Shown: in pieces, positions 1 to 10,304 of the stretch | How the letters are laid out: each line of letters opens with the position of its first letter | How positions within the stretch are numbered: position 1 is the first letter of the stretch | DNA from: an uncultured Nitrososphaerota archaeon | GTDB taxonomy: Archaea > Thermoproteota > Nitrososphaeria > Nitrososphaerales > CADDZS01 | Reading direction: 5' to 3' | Assembly: GCA_963799845.1 (NCBI GenBank) | Contig: CAWCYI010000004.1 | Coordinates: forward strand, 1,472,001-1,536,000 | DNA length: 64,000 nt | Notes under the pieces: model-generated | Database searches by the model: none | Told to the model about the DNA's origin: nothing | Seen by the model: the letters and a program-made list of their open reading frames with translations, nothing else | Position numbers and translations under genes: made by a program

Positions 1-7
1 TTCACAC

Positions 8-532
8 ATGAGGGAAGAGAAGAAAATGGAGAATAATCAAACAGAGGAAGACGACAAAGGAGACGCTCCGACCATGTCGGTATTTCCACCTCAGCGAATC
101 CTTGCTCCGATCGATGGTTCTGACAATGCTTTGCGAGCTCTCAAAGCAGCTGTAGTAATTTCCAAAACCTATGGAGCTAAACTTTTCATCATAACAGTGA
201 CTAAAAGGGATAAACTGGACCAGACTTTAGACCTCCCTGGTTCAACGAGTACCGTCCAAAATTACAACGATGAAATGGACAGGCGATCGGAACGTCTCCT
301 GGACGACTCTTTTGATCTGGCAACAAAGGAAGGATTGACAGATGTTGAAACTGAAGCGATTCCTGAATTCGAATCTGTCACAAAACAGATCCTGGAAAGT
401 TCGCAGAGCAAGAAAGTAGACTTGATCGTTTTGGGAACAAGGGGTCTCGGTGGTTTTAAGAAGCTGCTACAGGGGAGCGTTTCAAGTGCCGTTGTGACGC
501 ACGCAGACTGCAATGTTCTGGTGGTCCGATAG
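8..532 (+). CDS. Universal stress protein (UspA family)
   Basis: ILAPIDGS N-terminus and DLIVLGTRGLGGFKKLLQGSVSSAVV...CNVLVV C-terminal USP signature. Confidence 0.95.
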   Translation: MREEKKMENNQTEEDDKGDAPTMSVFPPQRILAPIDGSDNALRALKAAVVISKTYGAKLFIITVTKRDKLDQTLDLPGSTSTVQNYNDEMDRRSERLLDDSFDLATKEGLTDVETEAIPEFESVTKQILESSQSKKVDLIVLGTRGLGGFKKLLQGSVSSAVVTHADCNVLVVR

Positions 533-769
533 GACTCTCCGACCTCGCTGTCAAGATCAGCCAGTCGGGAGCTATGCCGGCATTAATCAATCCAGTCGTC
601 CTGCTCCCCAGGGAATATGTGAAATGAAGTAAGACGTATCATGCTGAGAATTTCGAGAAGCCGCCAAAGTTCCTGGAATAATCGTCGAGAAGGGCCATGC
701 CGAGGCGTCGTCTATTGTCAATGGAACGACGTTGATCGTAACCATGCTCGGCTTCGATCCAAAATAACA

Positions 770-895
770 CTACTTTCGTGAATCACTATCCGCCTGGTCG
801 ATCCTGCTGCAGATGCACACCCTGCATGTACAGTGCACTCTGATGCATTCGGAAATACTTGTATGACCGCAACTCTTGCAGTGTACATTGCTCAA
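770..895 (-). CDS. Small Cys/His-rich metal-binding protein (41 aa), not in ORF track
   Basis: Manual translation from TTG: MSNVHCKSCGHTSISECIRVHCTCRVCICSRIDQADSDSRK; 7 Cys in 41 aa. Confidence 0.5.
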   Translation of the reverse strand: MSNVHCKSCGHTSISECIRVHCTCRVCICSRIDQADSDSRK

Positions 896-1103
896 CTTAG
901 GTTACTTTGCCTCTATTTTGTCAGCGAGAGTTACGCTTGCAAAGTGTGTGAACTTTTCGAAATGCGTAAAAGACACTTACAACTTTCCCGAGGATAAGAG
1001 GTTTGGCTCTGATTGTCCACGACTCCTAAATTTTTGATAATTCCCTATATCTCGTTATCAAAAGTGAGAAAACGCCACGGCCTTAAGTAGATCTTTCTGA
1101 CAC

Positions 1104-1901
1104 TTGTCAGGCATGCCAAAGAAGAATGAGGATTCGAACAATTCAACTTTTTCCGTTCGAAACACTCGCATCATTGCACGGGAGAAAATTATTCTCTCTG
1201 CCCCCGTAATAATATGTGGTTTCGTGGGGCCAGGACTTGCGGGACTGACCTCGGTCGGGTATGTTATCGAGCATCTTGGTCTGCACCAGATCGCGCATCT
1301 AACATCGCATCACATCCCTCCCGCGGTTGTTTTCATAGGAGGAAAGATCAGACATCCATTTAGAATTTACAAGGACGGCGCGGGCAAGGTAGTTGTCGTA
1401 GTTTGTGAAGTCCCAATTGACCGAAGTGGACTGTATGAAATTTCTGCAGCTTTACTCGACTGGTTTCAAAAATTCAATCCAGCTGGGATCGTGATTTTGG
1501 ATGGAATTCCGATCAACGGCATTCCAGAGAACAGACCTACGTTTTTCATCGCGGGTGAGAAGAGACAGAACGACCTAAAATCGCAGGGTTTTCTGCCCGC
1601 CGAGTCTACCCTGGTATCTGGAACCGCCGGTAGCATTCTGAGCGAGTGCCTAGACCGCAATACTGAATGTATATCTTTACTTGTTCCAGTCTCTGTTGCC
1701 ATCGGGGATCCTGGAGCCGCTCTAACTCTGATAAGGGCGCTGAACTCTATGTACGGTCTTAACATAACTACAAAAGAACTCGAAGAAGACGTTGCAATGG
1801 TACACGAGGAACTAACTGAGATCGCAAAACAATACCAGAAGTTGCAAGAACAACTGCCTGCTCCAACCGAAGGAGAAAAGTCCAAGACAATGTACGGCTA
1901 A
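1104..1901 (+). CDS. Proteasome assembly chaperone (PAC2 family)
   Basis: GFVGPGLAG, HPFRIY and GDPGAA motifs; C-terminal MYG. Confidence 0.9.
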   Translation: MSGMPKKNEDSNNSTFSVRNTRIIAREKIILSAPVIICGFVGPGLAGLTSVGYVIEHLGLHQIAHLTSHHIPPAVVFIGGKIRHPFRIYKDGAGKVVVVVCEVPIDRSGLYEISAALLDWFQKFNPAGIVILDGIPINGIPENRPTFFIAGEKRQNDLKSQGFLPAESTLVSGTAGSILSECLDRNTECISLLVPVSVAIGDPGAALTLIRALNSMYGLNITTKELEEDVAMVHEELTEIAKQYQKLQEQLPAPTEGEKSKTMYG

Positions 1902-1930
1902 TGATTTGCAACGTTACTATGGCTGCCCGA

Positions 1931-2992
1931 TCAAGATTTTTCCGAAGAGAGGAGCTCATTTCGCTGCTTCAACAGAAAGGAAGGGAGCTCCGCATAAACG
2001 TCGTCGAAGATCAACTTTTCCGACGGGAGCGGCGGAATCTCCTCCTGAGCCTTTGCAGCCTTAGATACGATCTCGCTTGCCTCCTGCAATAGATTCTGAT
2101 CTTTTTTATCGTCCAAGATTTTCTTACCAACTAGATACTTTCGCAGAATCACGATCGGATCTCTCTGGGCCCACGCTTCCACTTCCTTCGGATCTCTGTA
2201 CTTTGTCGGATCGTCCGCGGTTGAATGCGCCCCGACGCGATAGGTCAGTGCTTCGATGAAAGTGGGTCCTCCACCGTTTCTTGCTTTTTCAAGAGCTGCT
2301 CTGGTAGCTTCGTAGACCGCGAGTGTATCATTCCCATCCACTCGAATCCCCTCAAAGCCGTAAGCTCTAGCCTTGATCGCGAGTGTCTCGGAAGCGGACT
2401 GCCTTGATACAGGGAGGGAGATCGCCCATCCGTTGTTCCGGCATATGAAAACGATGGGTGCTCTAAACACTCCGGCAAAGTTCATTGCTGCGTGAAAATC
2501 CGAGGCCGATGTCCCGCCGTCACCCATGTACGCGAGGACTGCGAGCTGCTTTTTCTTGATATTCGCTCCCATCGCCACTCCGACTGCGACCGGTAGATAG
2601 GCGCCGATCGGTGCGGCTGTGGGGACAATGTTCAGATCTCTGCTCCCCCAGCTGTTGGACATCTGTCTTCCCTTGAGGAGATCGCTGGAATTTCCAAAGA
2701 GCTGTGCGAACATTAGCTCGATTGAAAGACCCCTGGCGATGTGCGCGCCAACTTCCCTGTAGGAGGTAAACATCCAATCGTCCTTTTTCAAAGCATACGC
2801 GCTCGGAACGATCGCGGCTTCCTCGCCAGTGCAGCTGATGTAGGCACCGAGTCTCCCCTGTCTCTGGAGACTCAGGACTTTGTTGTCGAACGCCCTCGTC
2901 AAGATCATCGTGCGGTAGATCTGGAGGAGATCATCGCTGCCAATCTTGTTGGAGGCTTTGCTATAGAGAGATTTAGGCGTTTTAGCGGGCAA
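1931..2992 (-). CDS. pdhA: Pyruvate/2-oxoacid dehydrogenase E1 alpha subunit
   Basis: LQRQGRLG, TPP motif GDGGTS...NNGWAIS, YRVGAHSTADDP. Confidence 0.9.
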   Translation of the reverse strand: MPAKTPKSLYSKASNKIGSDDLLQIYRTMILTRAFDNKVLSLQRQGRLGAYISCTGEEAAIVPSAYALKKDDWMFTSYREVGAHIARGLSIELMFAQLFGNSSDLLKGRQMSNSWGSRDLNIVPTAAPIGAYLPVAVGVAMGANIKKKQLAVLAYMGDGGTSASDFHAAMNFAGVFRAPIVFICRNNGWAISLPVSRQSASETLAIKARAYGFEGIRVDGNDTLAVYEATRAALEKARNGGGPTFIEALTYRVGAHSTADDPTKYRDPKEVEAWAQRDPIVILRKYLVGKKILDDKKDQNLLQEASEIVSKAAKAQEEIPPLPSEKLIFDDVYAELPSFLLKQRNELLSSEKS

Positions 2993-3029
2993 CTTTACGA
3001 ATTCAGGAGAATTTTCTCGACGATCGAGT

Positions 3030-3295
3030 AATTAACTTGAGTGCTTTTCTCTCAACCTCGACTTCGTTCCTTCTATCGATGGATAGATCGATCGCTGCTT
3101 GTTGGGCTCTTTTTCCTCCCTCACCAAAAGATTCCTTCATCGGCCGGATCGGCTCCAAGATTATTCGCCCTTCTTCTCTCTTAGCAGAACTGCTTGATCT
3201 ATTTTGAGCTTTTTTCTAATGCTAACTGGTATTACAAGCCACCCTTTAGAGGGTACACGAACAAGTTGCTGGTGATTGGACGATTGATTGCTCAA
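3030..3295 (-). pseudogene. AbrB/MazE/SpoVT-type antitoxin relic, frameshifted
   Basis: Manual translation ...VRVPSKGWLVIPVSIRKKLKIDQAVLLRE / EGRIILEPI in two frames; matches the SKGQxxIPxxIRxxL AbrB motif; 3' end approximate. Confidence 0.6.
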
Positions 3296-3318
3296 ATGGG
3301 AAAACCGATGACAATTGT

Positions 3319-3909
3319 TTATTGCAAAAATTCCGAAATTGTAAACATGGACGCAAACTTGTAGCCTGCGTCAGCAAGCCTCTTCCTTGCACCTTCTTCT
3401 CTATCCACGAGGCTGATCACCTCGATGATGTTACAATCCAGCTCGCGAACTCTTTCTATCGATTCGAAGACGGAATTTCCTTTCGTAGTCACGTCCTCGA
3501 CGATTACAACACTCGAGCTCGGTTTCAGGTTCCCTTCAATCCACTTTTCCGTGCCATGTGTCTTCTTTTCCTGTCTGACCCAGAAAGCTTGGATGGGTTT
3601 ATTCCGGATGAAGCTTAGCTGAGCTACTGCGGTGCCGATGGGAATCGCGCCGGTCTGGATTCCGCCGATGGCGTCGATATCGAATTTGGAGACCCTGTCA
3701 AATATCAGCTCGGCAATCAAAGCGATGCCTTCGGGATCCTGCGTCACAAGTTTGCAATCAAAGAAAACATAACTTGATCCGCCCGAGGCGAGCTTGAACG
3801 GCTTTTCGGAAGGACTCCTTTTGAGGAATGCTTTGTTTTCGAAAATTATCTTTAGTCTCTTCCGCCGCTCGTCCGATCTGGAAAAGGAATTTGCAACTTG
3901 GGTATCCAA
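3319..3909 (-). CDS. pyrE: Orotate phosphoribosyltransferase
   Basis: FKLASGGSSYVFFD, RQEKKTHGT, PRPP motif VVIVEDVTTKG, VDREEGA. Confidence 0.92.
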   Translation of the reverse strand: MDTQVANSFSRSDERRKRLKIIFENKAFLKRSPSEKPFKLASGGSSYVFFDCKLVTQDPEGIALIAELIFDRVSKFDIDAIGGIQTGAIPIGTAVAQLSFIRNKPIQAFWVRQEKKTHGTEKWIEGNLKPSSSVVIVEDVTTKGNSVFESIERVRELDCNIIEVISLVDREEGARKRLADAGYKFASMFTISEFLQ

Positions 3910-4011
3910 CGCTTCTAATCACACATCTTTGGAGAGCTCATAGATCAGGGAGATAAATTCAGCATCTTTAACGTACACTCCTCGATGACTATCAGTTCAA
4001 AAATATGCTGA

Positions 4012-4360
4012 CTATTTTTTCTTCTTGTGCAATTTGCTTGACCATTCGAGAGAACGGGAAATCCACAGCTTGACGAGGGCCGGCTTTTCCGACCACTCTT
4101 TCGGAACGCAAACGTGTCCCTTCATCGGTCGTCCCTTCATCGGCTCGAACATCGAGGCCCCCTTCACTTTCAAGAGATCAGCGCGACCCTCATCAGAAAG
4201 ACGGACGAAGAGAGCGTCGCCGTAAGACCCCCGAAAACATGTTTCCGTTAACAAATGCAGAAAGATTGCCAAACATTGGCCGCACAGTGACCGAAGGATC
4301 ATCTGGCAGGATTGATTTGAAGAATACTTCCAGTTTCTTGTCGGCTCCGGGAATCTCCAT
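4012..4360 (-). CDS. TfoX/Sxy N-terminal-domain family protein, split by one frameshift
   Basis: RPMFGNLSAFVNGNMF joins LFVRL...FEPMKGRPMKG; the shift is at a G5 run near 4226-4232. Confidence 0.75.
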
Positions 4361-4660
4361 TGTATCTACGACCGAGAAGATGGTAAAAAAAGGATTTCCG
4401 ATTTCATACTCCAATATCCCGCTTCGAGAGGGTAAGGATGCTTTTTGAGTATGATATTACAGAAATCGATATACCACTATTATGAAATTGAATGTTAGTT
4501 CAAGATGCTTTTTTCTTGCAAGATGGAAACTTCGATGTCAGTTCGACCAGACAGGACCCAATTTGTCCAAAACTGGAAACAAACAGGACAGCTTCTCTTT
4601 TCTGTAATTTAACTGAACGATTATAAACACCTAGAATGAAATAACCGAGCCTACGGGGTT

Positions 4661-5425
4661 ATGGCGAGAAATTTGAACAAGTCTTTGAACGTATTTCTGG
4701 CCGTTGGACTGTTGTTTTTGTTTACTGCGACCGCGTTCTCGTTGACTTCCGTAGCAAAATCCCAAGCAAATACACTCTATACGGGATACCAAGTGGTGGG
4801 ACCATATACGACTCTGAGGGTCAAAGGGTCTTGGATAGTTCCTACAGCCGATTGCGCTGCGACCCCAAATTCGGTTTCCAATATCTCAGTAATAATTGAT
4901 GGCATAAATGGCGAAGGCGATGCCATGGAAATTGGAACATATCAAAACTGTGTTAACGGTGTTGCGCAGTATGGAGCCTTTGTAAATATTTATCCCATGA
5001 CTTCGTTCTATGGAAAGGGAGGTCTCTCTAAGGTAGTAATTCATCCCGGAGATGTAGTTGAAGCACAAGGGACATGGAGACCTTCAACAGATAAGCCGGT
5101 AAACTGGAACACTAATTTCATAGATGAAACCACAAAAGTACATGTAGATACAAACGCGCGCACGAGCTCAACATTCAAGCCGGTTCTCGATTCAGGTGCG
5201 CTAATTCTCAGCTCGGATGGTCATACTTTGACAGCTTTGAGCACTATAAGTTCCGGTGTCCAGTACACGAAAATTGGACAGTCTGATGTAACAGGACCAT
5301 GGCTGGGAAGTTCGACCTTCGGCGAAACGGCTAGCATGTCTGGTTATACTCTAGTCACTTGGCAAATTCCTGGAACAACTTTGGGCGCTTTAACACATAG
5401 CGGGTCAAGTTTTCAAATAACCTGA
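4661..5425 (+). CDS. Secreted peptidase G1 (A4)-fold protein, probably catalytically inactive
   Basis: Signal peptide; YTGY, GSWIVP, IIDG, GTYQNC..G...YGAF...YP and IHPGDVV resemble G1 motifs, but the catalytic Q/E motifs are altered. Confidence 0.65.
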   Translation: MARNLNKSLNVFLAVGLLFLFTATAFSLTSVAKSQANTLYTGYQVVGPYTTLRVKGSWIVPTADCAATPNSVSNISVIIDGINGEGDAMEIGTYQNCVNGVAQYGAFVNIYPMTSFYGKGGLSKVVIHPGDVVEAQGTWRPSTDKPVNWNTNFIDETTKVHVDTNARTSSTFKPVLDSGALILSSDGHTLTALSTISSGVQYTKIGQSDVTGPWLGSSTFGETASMSGYTLVTWQIPGTTLGALTHSGSSFQIT

Positions 5426-5573
5426 ACCAACAAAGAACAACAGCCATTTTTGGTTTGGCGCTGATTGAAGCTAGCGCAGCAAACTTGTCAGATTTCGACT
5501 TTCGCTCCGGTAAACGGAACCCGAGTCATGCTCAAAGACTTGGTAGAGAGAATTAACACGGAGACTTGAACCA

Positions 5574-5980
5574 TTGACATTTTCCTACACCGGAATCATC
5601 GTGAGGGATCTCGACAGATCAGATCGATCAAGTTCTATCGGGACATCATGGGCATGAAACTCAAGACACGCATAGTGAATCCGTACACCAAAGGCGAATT
5701 CGCCGTGATGGTAAACGAAAACGGTACAGGCCCGAATCTTGAGTTGAACTGGTACAGTGAAAAGAAAGATTATGTCAGCGGAGACGAATTGGACCATCTG
5801 GGTTTTCTCGTGCCGGATGCACGTTCGGAGTTAGAGCGATTGCGCAAGCTTGGAATTCAGATCGCCGCCGAGCCTTACGAGAGTGAAAACGCAGTAGTTT
5901 TCTTCGTCAGAGATCCGGATGGGATTTGGATCGAAATCTACTCAAAGAAAAATCAGCCTAGTGTCGTTACCGTGAGGTAA
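5574..5980 (+). CDS. VOC/glyoxalase (lactoylglutathione lyase-like) protein; 5-nt AGATC duplication shifts the N-terminus
   Basis: Restored N-terminus MTFSYTGIIVRDLDRSIKFYRDIMGM; ELDHLGF; FVRDPDGIWIE. Confidence 0.8.
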
Positions 5981-6888
5981 AGGGTAGAGTTGGAAAACCA
6001 TCGCATCACGACGCCCGAATCAAACGGAGCTGAAATGAACGGGCTTGGCTGAGCATCGCTCGCAATTGACTGCGATGATGGCCAGTTGAAGACGACGGTC
6101 TGCGTCGCGTTCTCGGGCACGTATGTTACGTTGAACGCATAATCGAAACCGGGGTAGCTCGTGCCGTTCGTCCCTACGTAGTCTGTTCCGTTGAAAATTA
6201 GTTTGAATGAAAACCCGCCGACAACGAACTGATCCGGAATCTGGGACCTTGAAAAGGTTGTCAACCCGGTTTCCTGAGGGCAGTTGAATTGCAACACGCT
6301 TCCGGGGTATGATACAACTATGGAGTTTGCATATGAATAGTTCCCGTTAGGTAACACAGGAATGTACACGACAATTTGAGCGAGCGGTTTTCTATAGACT
6401 TCGTTCAGGTTGCAGGGGAAAATAGGGTCGCTCAAGTTGAGGTGATTGAATATCAAAGCTTCGAAGACCGAACCGTTAGCGAGTGTCAGCGGCGAACTGA
6501 GACTGTTCACAGGATCTATCGTGAACTGCGATCCGTTCTCTTTGGTGAAAAAACTGGCATCCTGAGAGACATTAGAGATCGCGTCATAGAGAGCTAAGTG
6601 AACCGGCTGCGGGCAGGCTCCTGCCGGATAAAATGAATTTGTCCCATTGCCAAACGAAACGAGCGTGCCGGCTACTGTCTCATTCGCAACAAAGTTGACC
6701 GACGCAGAGTCCGGAATGAGCTGGGTGCAGGCAAGTGAATTTCCAGCCCCATTTCCAACGGCCACGTAAAGGTAGGATCCGAAAACTGCAGCAAGTAAAA
6801 TCGGGAACAGTAAAAAGACCGCCTTGTAGGACTTTTTTTGAGGAAGCTCGGAAATCACAGACCACTGACCATTAGATTGAAACTCCAT
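5953..6888 (-). CDS. Membrane-anchored extracellular hypothetical protein
   Basis: One N-terminal TM segment, many N-x-S/T sequons, Cys pairs. Confidence 0.75.
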   Translation of the reverse strand: MEFQSNGQWSVISELPQKKSYKAVFLLFPILLAAVFGSYLYVAVGNGAGNSLACTQLIPDSASVNFVANETVAGTLVSFGNGTNSFYPAGACPQPVHLALYDAISNVSQDASFFTKENGSQFTIDPVNSLSSPLTLANGSVFEALIFNHLNLSDPIFPCNLNEVYRKPLAQIVVYIPVLPNGNYSYANSIVVSYPGSVLQFNCPQETGLTTFSRSQIPDQFVVGGFSFKLIFNGTDYVGTNGTSYPGFDYAFNVTYVPENATQTVVFNWPSSQSIASDAQPSPFISAPFDSGVVMRWFSNSTLYLTVTTLG

Positions 6889-6965
6889 TATTTCACACTA
6901 TCCGAGCGCAGCTTCCCACATACCTTCGAAAACACTTTTTTTCAACGGGAGCAACTTTATGCCAA

Positions 6966-8073
6966 TTGCACTCCCGTAATGTCGACGTACTGATCATCGG
7001 CGGTGGAATCATAGGCCTTGCCATCGGCTACTATCTGTCAAAGAGGAACTTTGTCAGCGTCGAAATAATCGAGCGAGATTCCGAGCTCTCGATGCACGCC
7101 AGCGGTCACAACGCCGGCGGACTCGCGGGCGTTCACGAGTCGCAGCCCAGGGATCTCTGGCCGCTGTTCAGAAGCACTCAGGTGCTCTATCGGGAACTGG
7201 CTCAATCGAGCGGATTCAGCTTCGACTATGCAACCGGGGGCACGCTGTCTCCCGGAACGATTGAGGAAATGGACACACTCGAAACAGGGGCCCGTACTTT
7301 GGACGAGGCGGGAGCTCAGAGTGGAATTCCTCGACAGCGCGGATCTACAGAAGAGAGAACCGAATCTTTCAACAATTCGCTTCAACTGCGGCCTGTATTA
7401 TCCAGCGGACGCTCAGGGGAACTCTAAGAAATTGGGGCAGTGCTTTGCCAGAACCTGCCTGGAAAAGGGGATGGAAATCTCAACCGGTTCTGAAGTTATC
7501 AGCTTTGAAATTGACCGCGGAAAGGTTAGGGAAGTGAAAACTACTCGTGGAACAATTGTCCCCACCACCGTTATCGTTGCGGCGGGCCCCTGGTCGGGTC
7601 AGGTTTCTGCAAGACTCGGCCTGCATATCCCAGTCGAACCGGTGAAGGGGCACCTCATTTCAGTTGACTCGGGCGATCAGAAACTGGTAAATTCGTTCAT
7701 CGACGGCCCCAGATATTACGTGATGCAGAACGGTTCGAGCATCGTCGTGGGAGGAGGAGAGGATTCCGTCGGTTTTGACACTGCGGTCGATTCTGCAAGG
7801 ATCGTCGATGCGTGGAAGGAAGGAGTTTCGATGGTCCCGAAACTGGCTTCGATGAATCAGGAATCGAAGACGGCCTGCCTCCGCCCATTTGCTCCCGGTG
7901 GCCTGCCAATACTGGGAAAAAGCAAACGACTGGAAAACATAATTTTTGCGACCGGGCATTACAAGAACGGTTTCGGGCTAGCACCAATCACGGGGAAGTT
8001 GATATCGCAACTTGTGGTGGACGGCAAGACAGAAATCGATATCTCTCCATTCTCCCCAGATAGATTTAGCTGA
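6966..8073 (+). CDS. FAD-dependent D-amino acid/glycine oxidase family protein; one frameshift at AGCT 7313-7317
   Basis: IIGGGIIG and ASGHNAG in ORF1; AAGPWS, PVKG, LRP and TGHYKNGFGLAP in ORF2. Confidence 0.88.
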
Positions 8074-8091
8074 AATAGTTTGCAAGAGAGA

Positions 8092-8577
8092 TTAGGCGTT
8101 CTGTCGGCGAATTATTTGCCGCACTGAATTCAAATCGGCAATCAGGAGATCTCTATCTTCCTTGTCCATGATGTCCTGTCCTAACTTTTCAGCCAGATTT
8201 AGATACTTCGAGGATTCTTTTTTCTTTCCAGCTATCGCGTAGGCCCTCGCAAGAGCTTCGTACGCGTAAGGCAAGTCGAAATCCTTCATCTCCCCTTTTT
8301 TCTGGTGCGCGAGGCACCTCTTCGCGTGATACAGCGCAGGCTCCAGCATTCCAATTACAGAATACACTCGGGAAATCTGCCACTCGCCGGTCGCAATGTT
8401 GTGCGCGTTCCCGACCCTGCCCCAGTGCCAGCGAGATGCGTGGGCGGTGTGCATCATCTCTTCATCTTCAGATCGGGTTCTCTTCTTTTTGATAAGGGTC
8501 CAAGTGTAATTAAACAGGGAGATAGCGAGCTTCCTTTCTAAATCAACGTTCAAATTCGGCGGTCTTCTGCGAGGCAT
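8092..8577 (-). CDS. Conserved helical hypothetical protein
   Basis: AHASRWHW...GEWQISRVY...YAYEALARA; TPR-like helical character. Confidence 0.75.
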   Translation of the reverse strand: MPRRRPPNLNVDLERKLAISLFNYTWTLIKKKRTRSEDEEMMHTAHASRWHWGRVGNAHNIATGEWQISRVYSVIGMLEPALYHAKRCLAHQKKGEMKDFDLPYAYEALARAYAIAGKKKESSKYLNLAEKLGQDIMDKEDRDLLIADLNSVRQIIRRQNA

Positions 8578-8594
8578 TCTCTGGTAAATGCGCT

Positions 8595-9596
8595 CTAGAT
8601 TTTCATCGGCGCGTGCCGCTTTACTGATTCAGCGCAGGCAAGACCGATTTCCACCGCCTTTCTGCCGTCCTCACCCGAGACCTTTGGAGACCTGTCGTGG
8701 ATCACGCAGTCGGCAAAATCCACAAGTTCATCGCGGTAGGCTTGAGCAAACCTCTCTTGGAAAGTCAGCGGGAGATCCTCCACGATCGAATCGCTCTTCA
8801 ATATCCTCGTGGAAGAGTTCTCTCCCATACCGACGAATGCGGCGCCTTTAGTTCCAAAAATCTCCGCCCTGACGTCGTATCCATAGACAGTCCACTGGCA
8901 CGAGTCCACGTGAGCTAGAGCTCCGTTGCTCAAGGTAAGTGTGACCAGAACGGTGTCCCATCCACCGAGCGGCTTGAAGTGATCGAAGACGATGTTAGCT
9001 GCTTCCGCATAGACTTCCGTGACTTCGGCCTTTGATAAAAACCGGATCGCGTCGAAATCGTGGCTGCTAGTATCCAGCCAGATGCCGCCGCTGAGTTTTG
9101 GATCAATCGACCACCCCTGAGGATTTGAGGGCGGGTCTCGCGTGCACGAGTTGATGATCATTATCTTGCCTAGATCGCCCACTGCCTTCTCGGCCCTGAC
9201 GAACGCGTGGTCAAATCGTCGCTGGTATCCGACCTGGAACTTGATTCCGGCTTTCTTTGCCTCGCCGATCATGTTGTCGCAATCATCCAGATTGAGCGCC
9301 ATCGGTTTTTCAACGAAGATGTGCTTCCCCTTTCTTGCGGTCGCGCGAACCATGTCACGCTTCAAGAAAGTCGGCGCCGCGATTGCGACCGCTTCCACGT
9401 TTTTGTTGTCGAGCATCTCGTTGTAATCGGCGTAGACGTTCTCGACTCCCAGTTTCTCCGCCACTTCTTTTGCAGCGGCAACAAAAGAATCAGCAATCGC
9501 AACGAGCGAAGCGTTCGGAATGTGCTTTGCAAGGTGCTCGGCGTGAAGCCTCCCGATAGCTCCGACTCCGATGATACCAAATCCCAATTTTCTCAA
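8595..9596 (-). CDS. iolG: Gfo/Idh/MocA oxidoreductase, inositol 2-dehydrogenase-like
   Basis: GVGAIG, VEKP, GYQRRFD, SGGIWLD..SHDFD, YGYDVRAE, FQERFAQAY. Confidence 0.8.
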   Translation of the reverse strand: MRKLGFGIIGVGAIGRLHAEHLAKHIPNASLVAIADSFVAAAKEVAEKLGVENVYADYNEMLDNKNVEAVAIAAPTFLKRDMVRATARKGKHIFVEKPMALNLDDCDNMIGEAKKAGIKFQVGYQRRFDHAFVRAEKAVGDLGKIMIINSCTRDPPSNPQGWSIDPKLSGGIWLDTSSHDFDAIRFLSKAEVTEVYAEAANIVFDHFKPLGGWDTVLVTLTLSNGALAHVDSCQWTVYGYDVRAEIFGTKGAAFVGMGENSSTRILKSDSIVEDLPLTFQERFAQAYRDELVDFADCVIHDRSPKVSGEDGRKAVEIGLACAESVKRHAPMKI

Positions 9597-9709
9597 ATTT
9601 GCTCAAATGCTCCGATTTAGATCTCAAGCGAATTGAAGTTCAGTTTTAAGGCTTTTTCCCGGAGAAATCCATACGTCAGGATCAAAATGTTATTAGTGAC
9701 AATTGCCAA

Positions 9710-9949
9710 TTGACAATTATGAGTGAAGAATCGACCAGCATCACTCTCCGGAAGAGCACAAAGTCACATCTCCAGTCGCTGAAGGGTAAAAAAAATTGGA
9801 GCACGTTCCTCGAGGAGGTCTATATGGAAAAAAAGAACAAGAGAGATAAGAACTCCATGGCCAAATTGAGAGAGCTTCTGAGCGACGATGATCTCGACAA
9901 AATAGCAACTTCATCGAAAAAGTTCAGGAAGGAGTTCAGGCTCGCTTGA
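9710..9949 (+). CDS. vapB: Antitoxin (VapB-like)
   Basis: TSITL..ST...L..LKG N-terminus; stop overlaps the start of a PIN toxin gene. Confidence 0.7.
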   Translation: MTIMSEESTSITLRKSTKSHLQSLKGKKNWSTFLEEVYMEKKNKRDKNSMAKLRELLSDDDLDKIATSSKKFRKEFRLA

Positions 9950-10302
9950 TGTATGACACTTCCGCGCTGATTCAGCGGATAAGGAAGGGTGCAGACTACG
10001 GAGAGGGTTCCATATCGGTGATTACTCTGATTGAAATATTGCGGGGAATTGAGGACGAGGAAAAGCGGGAGAAGACTATGAGCCTCTTGGAAGAAAGCTT
10101 TGAGATACTTGATGTGAACAGGTCTGTAGGTCTTTCCTACGTCAAGCTGTGCTTTGAATTGAAGAAAAAAAGGACGCCAGCTTCAGTAGCGGATCAACTG
10201 ATAGCCGCGACAGCTCTTGCAAATGATCAGGTATTACTCACGTCCGATAGGGCGTTTTTGATGTTTCAGCCCTCAGTGAAAGTGAAATTACTGACTCCAT
10301 GA
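9946..10302 (+). CDS. vapC: PIN-domain toxin VapC
   Basis: YDTSALI, ITLIE, DQLIAATA and LLTSD acidic PIN residues. Confidence 0.9.
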   Translation: MMYDTSALIQRIRKGADYGEGSISVITLIEILRGIEDEEKREKTMSLLEESFEILDVNRSVGLSYVKLCFELKKKRTPASVADQLIAATALANDQVLLTSDRAFLMFQPSVKVKLLTP

Positions 10303-10304
10303 TG

